From assembly GCA_900545935.1 (NCBI GenBank), contig URAP01000004.1, positions 13,808 through 77,807 of the forward strand: a stretch of DNA of 64,000 bases. Direction: 5' to 3'. Position numbers and translations under genes: made by a program. A model generated the notes under the pieces. It was not told where the DNA came from, did no database searches, and was given only the letters and a program-made list of their open reading frames with translations. The DNA is from an uncultured Eubacteriales bacterium. Lineage in GTDB: Bacteria; Bacillota; Clostridia; Oscillospirales; CAG-272. How positions within the stretch are numbered: position 1 is the first letter of the stretch; every line of letters begins with the position of its first letter. Shown here piece after piece: positions 57,323 to 64,000 of the stretch.

Positions 57323-60300
57323 ATGAAACAGCGCAAATTTCTTACCAAAGCACTGGCAGGAATTCTTTGTGTGCTGATGCTTACGAGCGTTATTCCCGTA
57401 GCCTCGTTTGCAGCGTACAACAAGGACTTTGTGTCAGAAACGCACGATGTGTTTAAGAGCACGTCGTCAACTCTTGCGCCCGGCGTAGACCAGTATATAA
57501 ATTATGCCTATGCCAAGGACGGAAAGCAGATGGTCTACTATGTAGCCACTGCGGATATTACCCGCGATGACGTTGTCATTCAGACTTCGTATCTGAAGCA
57601 GCATGAGAACGGCATTATGGGTATGGACAAGCTGACAAATCAGATTGCCTATGCTAATCAGAAGTACAGCAATCCCGAGGATTCTCAGTTTATCAGCGAA
57701 TACTACAATGTAGTAGCAGGTGTCAATGCCTCCTTCTACAACATGACCACGGGTCAGCCTATCGGTATAACCTATATTGACGGTGTATCCTTTGGTACAG
57801 CAAGCTATGATAACTTTTTTGCAATTCTAAAGGATGGCAAGACTGCTGTTATAGACTATGCCAAGAATATAGGAAACTATGTCGATGAGAACGGAAACAG
57901 TACTATTTGGCAGGCGGCTGCCGGATCTCAGTGGCTGGTCAGAGACGGTAAGGATGTAACTGCCGGCGCAACCGGTAGCTATAATACTCAGCGTCATTCC
58001 CGTACCTGCGTCGGCGTAACGGCAGAGGGTAAGGTCGTTATGATGGTTCTTGACGGACGTCAGGAGCCGTTCTCCTGCGGTGGCTCTATGCACGAGCTTG
58101 CACAGATCATGCTGGAGGCAGGCTGCGTTGCGGCAGTAAACCTCGACGGCGGCGGATCGACCACATATGCATCCCGTCCCGAGGGCTCTGACGCGATAGA
58201 GGTAATCAACAGACCTTCCGACGGCTCGGAGCGTTCCATTTCGTCCGGACTTATTATCGCATCGACCGCCGTTCCCTCCAATGCGTTCGATCATGTTACA
58301 ATGAATGCGTCGGATGAGTATGTTACCCCCGGCACCTCCACCGAGGTCACCGTTGCAGGTGTTTCCTCCTCCGGCAGCGCTGCCGATATTCCGGGTGATC
58401 TTACCTATACCGTGACCAACGGCACATATGCAAACGGTGTTCTTACCGCAGGTGAGGCGGGTGACGTTGTTCTTACCGCAGTTCACGGCGGCAGGGAGGT
58501 CGGATCGCTTACGATTCATGCTGTAATTCCGGAGTCGCTTGCCTTCGTTAGCCCTACGATTACCGTACCTTACGGAAAGACAATCGCTTTCGATATCAAG
58601 GCAATATACGGACTTAACAATGTTAAGTTTAAAGCCGATGATATTGTGTTTGGGCTTTCGGATGCCGGTGTCGGTACAGTTGACGGTCTCAACTTTATTG
58701 CCGGGGACGGTACCGTTTCGACAAGCGAGGTAACAGCTACCTTTATCGGAACAGATATTACTGCCAATGCTACGATAAACCTCGGTAAAGGTTCTGAGGT
58801 TCTTTGGGACTTTGAGGATGGTGACATCAGCGAGTTTTATCGTGCGGCAGCAGCTAACTACAACTATATTATTACCCCGGGTACCTGTAATCTTGTAACT
58901 GCGGAGAACGGTAAGGTTCACAGCGGAAATTATGCAATGAAGTTTAATGCAGACTTTTCCGTTTCTACGGAATCCGGTTACATGAACGGCAGATTGTGCT
59001 TAAAGAATAAGAGCGGGGAGCGTATAGATCTTAAGGGCGCAACACGCCTTGGAATGTGGATTTATTTCCCGATTGAAGCCAAGTCTCTTAACGGAAGAAT
59101 ATTCCTTCAGGCTGTAACGGCGAGAAATGAAGACGGTTCTATAAAATCTGTTGCTGGCTCCTATACAACTGCAACTCTTATAGATAACGGCGGTGACTGG
59201 GATTGCGGTTTTACAATGGAATATGACGAGCCCGGTTGGCATTATGTCTATTTTGAGCTTGCCGGCGGCGATTGGTGCATACCTGCCAATTGGAATATGC
59301 TTGATTTCTATGTCAACGACCGTGACGGAAGTAAACACGGCTACAACCACTTTGAACACAAATCTCAGAACTCCAATGTGGTGATGTATCTTGACGATAT
59401 TACCGTTGACTATTCGTCGGCTGTCGAGGACAGAGATGCACCCGTATTCAGCGCTGTAAAATGGGCTGATTCGAAGATGAGCGACGCCGCTAACTTTACA
59501 AGAGGTAAGGTCGCGGAAACTACCGACAACCGTATTTCATTCGGCGCAAATGTTGCCGACCTTGCTAAGGATAACGCGACCGGGCTTGATGCAACTACTG
59601 CAAAGGCATATATTGACGGAGTTGAGATTCCCTGCACTATTCAGGGCGGTGTTATGTCCGTGGCTGATCGTACCCTTGCAGACGGAATACACACGATAAA
59701 GTTTTCCATATGTGATAAGCAGGGTAATTATGCGTCTGCAATTCGTCAGATAAAGGTGACCGCAGGCTCGGCAATGTCGACCGTTAAGCTGGCTGCACAT
59801 GACGATTCGCTGAACAACATTCTTCTCGGTTCACTCTATTACATTGATCTTGTTGCAACCGATATTGAAAAGATTCAGTCGGTAAGTGCCGATATTGATC
59901 TTAACAACATCAGCCGTTGGGAGCTTGATCATATGGAGGTCGCCGAGGGCTTCACCGCTTCTTACGTTATTTCCGATGAGGACGAGAACATTGCAACCAT
60001 TACCGTTACTCGTACCGGCAAAAACGATGCGACGGGAGAGGGAATGCTCGTTTCCATGCCCGTCAGAACTTGGGAACTGCCCGTAATCGTAGCTGACGGA
60101 GTGCGTAATAACGTTTGGATGTATCCCGAATACAGAAAAGGCAATGAAATCTGGCCCATCGACATAAGCGCTTCCGTCGTTCGCGGCGAGGTTGAATTTG
60201 TCGACGGCGCAACCGATACATTTACCGGCGATAAGGTTCAGGTTGATACAGAGGCACACTACTGGACGAACGAAACCAAGCCTGCCGAATATGCATCCTG

Positions 60301-62119
60301 GAACGGCGGACATGATCACAGAGCGGAAACAAAGCAGTATTATTCCGCAACCGCGACCAATCATGTTGATGCAGTTGCCCTTCCCGACAAGGCTGCGACC
60401 TGCACGGAGGCAGGTTATACAGGCAGAACATTCTGCGATGTATGTAACTCCGTTGTTGACTGGGGCACGACTGTTGCGGCAACCGGACACAGTTATGAAA
60501 TTGTTGACGGAACCCTCAAGTGCGTTGCTTGCGGCGATCTCTTTACCGGAACATGGATTGACGGCAAGGAATACAAGGATGGCATTCCGGCTAAAAACTA
60601 TATTCTTGTTGATGGTAAATACTATATTTATGAAAACGGCACACAGGGCGGCGTTTATACCGGACTTGTTGAGAACGACGGTAAGTGGGGTTACTCGAAG
60701 CTCGGAGCTCTTTCCGGCGGCTGGGTAATGATCGATGATGAGTGGTACTACTTTGATACCGAGACCCTTACCGCTGTAAGCACGTATAATAACGGCAAGG
60801 TTACATTCGAATTTAAAGAAAACGGTAAGTTGGTATCCGGTCAGTGGTATATAACCGCTGCCGGTGCAAGATACTATTACGGTCCTAATTACTACGGTCA
60901 CGGTTGGCATACGATCGACGGATATGATTATTACTTCGGAGATGCGAATGTCGAGCCCGGTTACAGATATGAAGGACTCAGGTACGTAATCAACTCTAAC
61001 AGCCATACTCCTCAGTGGTACGATTTCGGAACCGACGGTAAGGCTGTTAAGCTCGATACGACCGGATTGCTGACCGTATCCGGCAAGCTCTACTATCTTG
61101 TTGACGGAATTTCTCAGACCGGTCTTCAGCTGGTTGACGGAGAGTATTACTACTTCTCCGGTACCTATGAGGCAAAGAGCGGTATAGTATATGTTTCCAA
61201 TGCAAAGAACAACTCACTGCTTCCCGAGGGCTATTATCTCTTTAAGGATAATCACGCAATGGCTAATAACGAATTCTGTCTCTGGCAGAATTCGCTGCGC
61301 TATATAAGAAACGGACAGCCGTGCTTTGCAGGACTTATTCTCAACGAAGATGGAAAAATTATCTATATCGGTTCTGACTGCATGCTCGGCAAGGGTACTT
61401 GTACCGTTTCCGCAGGTAAGACTAACGGCCTGCTTCCCGAAGGTACTTATGCTTTCGGCGAGGACGGTGTCCTTGTTGACAACGCATTTGCAATGTGGCA
61501 GGGCAATATGTGCTATATGAGAAACGGTCAGCCTTATGCTGCCGGTCTCGTAAGGATCGGTGAGGATATATACTATATCCGCAGCAATTGTCAGGCAGCA
61601 ACCGGTATGTACTGGGTAGCCGCTAATAAGACGAGCGGCATACTTGAGGAAGGTTTCTACCTGTTCCACAACGACGGTACTCTTATTGACGGAGAATTTG
61701 CTGACTGGAAGGGCGAAAACTGTTATATCATAATGGGTCGTCCGTACTTTGCGGGTGTTATCGAGTATAACGGCAAGACAATATATGTAGGCAGCGATTG
61801 CAAGCTGAATACCGGTGTCTGCTATGTTACCGATGCCGCAGGAAACGGAATTCTCAGTGAGGGCTACTACTACTTTACAGAGAGCGGTGAGCTGCTGGCT
61901 TCCGGCTTTGCAAAGTGGACTGACGGTGTGACCTATTATTTCAGAAACGGTCAGAGAACCGCTGCCGGTGTGATTGAGCTTGACGGCTCCATATATTACG
62001 TCAACAGCGGCTGCAGACCGGTAACCGGTAAGTATTTTGTACCCGCAAACAAAGGAAACGGAATCCTTGAAGAGGGTTATTATACTTTTGACAGCAACGG
62101 TAAATTGATTCAGAACTGA
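57323..62119 (+). CDS. 1,598-aa secreted phosphodiester glycosidase protein with Ig-like domains, Cys motif and C-terminal cell-wall-binding repeats
   Basis: Signal peptide MKQRKFLTKALAGILCVLMLTSVIPVASFA. NAGPA-type motifs GVNASFYN and AVNLDGGGSTTY. A Big_2-like segment. The Cys motif ATCTEAGYTGRTFCDVCNSV...ATGHSY. GW/YYF-type repeats are followed by 70-aa tandem repeats. Confidence 0.88.
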   Translation: MKQRKFLTKALAGILCVLMLTSVIPVASFAAYNKDFVSETHDVFKSTSSTLAPGVDQYINYAYAKDGKQMVYYVATADITRDDVVIQTSYLKQHENGIMGMDKLTNQIAYANQKYSNPEDSQFISEYYNVVAGVNASFYNMTTGQPIGITYIDGVSFGTASYDNFFAILKDGKTAVIDYAKNIGNYVDENGNSTIWQAAAGSQWLVRDGKDVTAGATGSYNTQRHSRTCVGVTAEGKVVMMVLDGRQEPFSCGGSMHELAQIMLEAGCVAAVNLDGGGSTTYASRPEGSDAIEVINRPSDGSERSISSGLIIASTAVPSNAFDHVTMNASDEYVTPGTSTEVTVAGVSSSGSAADIPGDLTYTVTNGTYANGVLTAGEAGDVVLTAVHGGREVGSLTIHAVIPESLAFVSPTITVPYGKTIAFDIKAIYGLNNVKFKADDIVFGLSDAGVGTVDGLNFIAGDGTVSTSEVTATFIGTDITANATINLGKGSEVLWDFEDGDISEFYRAAAANYNYIITPGTCNLVTAENGKVHSGNYAMKFNADFSVSTESGYMNGRLCLKNKSGERIDLKGATRLGMWIYFPIEAKSLNGRIFLQAVTARNEDGSIKSVAGSYTTATLIDNGGDWDCGFTMEYDEPGWHYVYFELAGGDWCIPANWNMLDFYVNDRDGSKHGYNHFEHKSQNSNVVMYLDDITVDYSSAVEDRDAPVFSAVKWADSKMSDAANFTRGKVAETTDNRISFGANVADLAKDNATGLDATTAKAYIDGVEIPCTIQGGVMSVADRTLADGIHTIKFSICDKQGNYASAIRQIKVTAGSAMSTVKLAAHDDSLNNILLGSLYYIDLVATDIEKIQSVSADIDLNNISRWELDHMEVAEGFTASYVISDEDENIATITVTRTGKNDATGEGMLVSMPVRTWELPVIVADGVRNNVWMYPEYRKGNEIWPIDISASVVRGEVEFVDGATDTFTGDKVQVDTEAHYWTNETKPAEYASWNGGHDHRAETKQYYSATATNHVDAVALPDKAATCTEAGYTGRTFCDVCNSVVDWGTTVAATGHSYEIVDGTLKCVACGDLFTGTWIDGKEYKDGIPAKNYILVDGKYYIYENGTQGGVYTGLVENDGKWGYSKLGALSGGWVMIDDEWYYFDTETLTAVSTYNNGKVTFEFKENGKLVSGQWYITAAGARYYYGPNYYGHGWHTIDGYDYYFGDANVEPGYRYEGLRYVINSNSHTPQWYDFGTDGKAVKLDTTGLLTVSGKLYYLVDGISQTGLQLVDGEYYYFSGTYEAKSGIVYVSNAKNNSLLPEGYYLFKDNHAMANNEFCLWQNSLRYIRNGQPCFAGLILNEDGKIIYIGSDCMLGKGTCTVSAGKTNGLLPEGTYAFGEDGVLVDNAFAMWQGNMCYMRNGQPYAAGLVRIGEDIYYIRSNCQAATGMYWVAANKTSGILEEGFYLFHNDGTLIDGEFADWKGENCYIIMGRPYFAGVIEYNGKTIYVGSDCKLNTGVCYVTDAAGNGILSEGYYYFTESGELLASGFAKWTDGVTYYFRNGQRTAAGVIELDGSIYYVNSGCRPVTGKYFVPANKGNGILEEGYYTFDSNGKLIQN
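61191..62116 (+). repeat. about 4.4 tandem copies of a degenerate 210-bp (70-aa) coding repeat
   Basis: Units start YVSNAKNNSLLPEGYYLF, CTVSAGKTNGLLPEGTYAF, YWVAANKTSGILEEGFYLF, CYVTDAAGNGILSEGYYYF and YFVPANKGNGILEEGYYTF. Each has a conserved NGQP.AAG...G.IYY..S.C core. Confidence 0.8.
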
Positions 62120-62250
62120 TTTGGTTCTCCCCCCCCTCCGTATTAATCGGAGGGGGAGCCATGCTGATCGGTGCCTCCGCGCGGCGCATGGCGGACAACG
62201 GAATGTTTCCGGCAAAACCGATCTCTGATTTGTACCGAGAGGAGAAGAAT

Positions 62251-63414
62251 ATGTTTATAACATATTTGGCATTATTACTTTTTTCAATGAATTTTATGCT
62301 ATGCGGAAGATATATTCTCCTCGTAGCCTTTGTCGGTCTGTGCATACATAAAGGTAAAATACGCATTGATGCTAAATGCTGCGTTTTGGCTGCGTTTTCA
62401 TTAATATATTCAATAGTTGTTTTTGTTACGTCCGGAGATGCCCATATAGATGTAATGATACTGCCGTTTGCGTATCTGTTCGGAATGAATTTGTCTATGG
62501 GTTGCGAGGATAAAAATAAATTTGTCTCGAATATTTTTGTTTGTTTAGCTATCGGAATGTGCTTCCATGTGTTTTTGAACTGTGCTTCCGAGATTGTTCA
62601 GAACGGCGGATTCGATTACGGTGCAGTACATTATGATTTTTGGTCCGGATCTGTTTCATCCTCTACCGGACAGATGATAAATTACTCTTTTGCTGCTGCG
62701 CTTTTGACCTTTATTGTAATGAAGCGCGGGAAATATCTGAGTATATTACTTCTGATAATTCCGTGCCTTGTTTACGGCGCTATTGTAGGAAGCAGAGCAA
62801 CGATAATTATATCTGTTGTTTCTGTTATTGTCGGCATACTTATTCTCGCTCTCAATGCAAAAACAAAGAAAGCGAGGATATCATTGACTCTGGTGATAAT
62901 CTTGCTGACGATCATTCTTTTAGCGATCCAATATAATGTGTTCGGTCTATCCGAAATAATAAGCAACAGCTATTTGTTCAGAAGAATAGACTCTTCTTCT
63001 CCGAACTCAGAGGGCTTTTTTGCAACCGAAAGATGGCAGATCAAAATTGAATATCTCAAAAATATAATTAAATATCCTTGGGGCGGCGGGAATATACGTC
63101 AAGCCGTAGGAGGGATCTATGCACATGATCTGTTGCTTGATACGCTGAGCGAGGGTGGAGTTTTTGCTTTTGCTATGCTTATGGCATATTTGGTCTTGTG
63201 GGTAAAAAGTACAGTCAAATTTGTTCGAGGGAGCAATTCCTTGGCTTGTAGGGTGCTGCTGATACCGTATACGGTCGTTGCTGCTATTCAGATGTTTCTT
63301 GAGCCGATTCTTGAAGGCGCACCTATATTTATGCTCAGTGTTGTTTTGCTGGACGGTGTTGTGACCAACATGAACAGAATGAGGCAAGAAGATGAGAATA
63401 GTATTTCTGTCTAA
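62251..63414 (+). CDS. Wzy-like polysaccharide polymerase / O-antigen ligase-family membrane protein
   Basis: I prefer the start at MFITYLALLLFSMNF after GAGGAG. It has about 10 TM segments with a larger loop region, and sits in a polysaccharide locus. Confidence 0.6.
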   Translation: MFITYLALLLFSMNFMLCGRYILLVAFVGLCIHKGKIRIDAKCCVLAAFSLIYSIVVFVTSGDAHIDVMILPFAYLFGMNLSMGCEDKNKFVSNIFVCLAIGMCFHVFLNCASEIVQNGGFDYGAVHYDFWSGSVSSSTGQMINYSFAAALLTFIVMKRGKYLSILLLIIPCLVYGAIVGSRATIIISVVSVIVGILILALNAKTKKARISLTLVIILLTIILLAIQYNVFGLSEIISNSYLFRRIDSSSPNSEGFFATERWQIKIEYLKNIIKYPWGGGNIRQAVGGIYAHDLLLDTLSEGGVFAFAMLMAYLVLWVKSTVKFVRGSNSLACRVLLIPYTVVAAIQMFLEPILEGAPIFMLSVVLLDGVVTNMNRMRQEDENSISV

Positions 63415-64000
63415 TTACTTTAATCACCATCAAAAACCGCTTTCGGATGCGTTGTTTTGCAGGTGCGAGGATTACCGTTTTATATCAACGAAGGAAATGA
63501 GCGCCGAGCGAGAAGCCCTTGGATATAAAAAGATCACCGCACCGTATGTGCTGAGCTTGAGCAGCAAAACCGAATCGGAAATTCTCCGGCTTGTCAACGA
63601 TGCGGATGTAGTTATAGTAGGGTCTGCTCCGGAATACCTGATCAAAGAGCGGAAAAAGAATAAAAAGTTGATTTACAGATATTCCGAGAGACCGATCAAA
63701 GGAAGAAGAGAGCCGATAAAATTCCTTCCGAGATTTCTCAAGTGGAGCTCAAGAAATCCGCGCAGGCTGCCTATATATTTATTGAGCGCAAGCGCATATG
63801 CCCCCTACGAGTACAGCCGTTTTTTCTTGTTTAAGAACAAGTCGCTGAAATGGGGGTATTTTACAGAGGTTATTAAATATCCGGGCGGGTATGAGGATTT
63901 AAGAAAACTCAAAAGAGCCGATTCGCTCCTTTGGGTTGCACGTATGATAGACTTAAAGCATCCGGAATATGCCGTTTATATTGCTGAGAGGTTAAAAAAT
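63392..64000 (+). CDS. glycosyltransferase-like protein (3' end outside window)
   Basis: Not in the ORF track because it is truncated by the window edge. My manual translation from the ATG at 63392 gives MRIVFLSNYFNHHQKPLSDALF...DADVVIVGSAPEYLIKERKK... and is open through 64000. It overlaps the Wzy-like gene's 3' end by 23 nt. Confidence 0.55.
   Translation, partial: MRIVFLSNYFNHHQKPLSDALFCRCEDYRFISTKEMSAEREALGYKKITAPYVLSLSSKTESEILRLVNDADVVIVGSAPEYLIKERKKNKKLIYRYSERPIKGRREPIKFLPRFLKWSSRNPRRLPIYLLSASAYAPYEYSRFFLFKNKSLKWGYFTEVIKYPGGYEDLRKLKRADSLLWVARMIDLKHPEYAVYIAERLKN

Noticed and set aside
57827-62215. 364-, 391- and 333-aa minus-strand ORFs opposite the 1,598-aa gene
   Set aside because: The explanation is the same antisense-frame artefact as for the other giant genes.

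Overview
This 64-kb window looks like a moderately GC-rich Firmicute, probably Clostridia. That is inferred from gene content only, with no search run. All coordinates, alignments and translations beyond the supplied ORF track were done by eye.

**Layout**
- **1-13.8 kb, core genes:** a serine-hydrolase gene running off the left edge, two unknown envelope proteins, and ftsZ and ftsQ/divIB with no ftsA between them. Then come a stand-alone 39-codon gene, a translationally coupled TerB-N/TerB-C protein plus DUF2791-type P-loop ATPase pair, alaS and an MscS-family channel.
- **13.9-28.5 kb, integrative element (about 14.6 kb):** I delimit it by a pair of att-like imperfect inverted 35-nt sites. 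The large serine recombinase gene ends 45 nt from the right site.
  - The AT-richer left half is one six-gene minus-strand operon. In order it encodes an HTH controller, two C5-cytosine methyltransferases, a 500-aa PD-(D/E)xK candidate endonuclease, an Mrr-family nuclease, and an 811-aa cold-shock-domain/unknown-domain/P-loop ATPase.
  - The right half holds a frameshifted XRE repressor, a sigma-like HTH, a frameshifted prim-pol-like gene, a P4/D5-type primase-helicase, a Zn-ribbon protein, a lone HK97-fold capsid gene, a TnpW-like protein and the recombinase.
- **28.8-35 kb:** tRNA-Leu(CAA), tRNA-Gly(UCC), Crp/Fnr plus a 4Fe-4S protein, LiaF-like plus DUF4097, and a 578-aa XRE-family regulator.
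- **35.9-44.6 kb:** two giant secreted proteins whose last 1,090 bp are identical in every stretch I compared.
- **45-49 kb:** pyrR-pyrP, an aldose epimerase and an amidase.
- **49.4-64 kb:** a cell-surface polysaccharide locus. It contains a priming sugar transferase, an epimerase, glycosyltransferases, an acyltransferase, LicD, a Wzy-like protein, and a 1,598-aa phosphodiester-glycosidase protein with cell-wall-binding repeats.

**Best candidate for an undescribed system:** the Mrr-nuclease plus CSD-ATPase pair (with the upstream PD-(D/E)xK protein), carried as cargo on the serine-recombinase, capsid-bearing element.

**Secondary candidates:** the helicase-less TerB/DUF2791 pair, the capsid-only satellite-like core, the 39-aa peptide gene and the 1.09-kb repeat.
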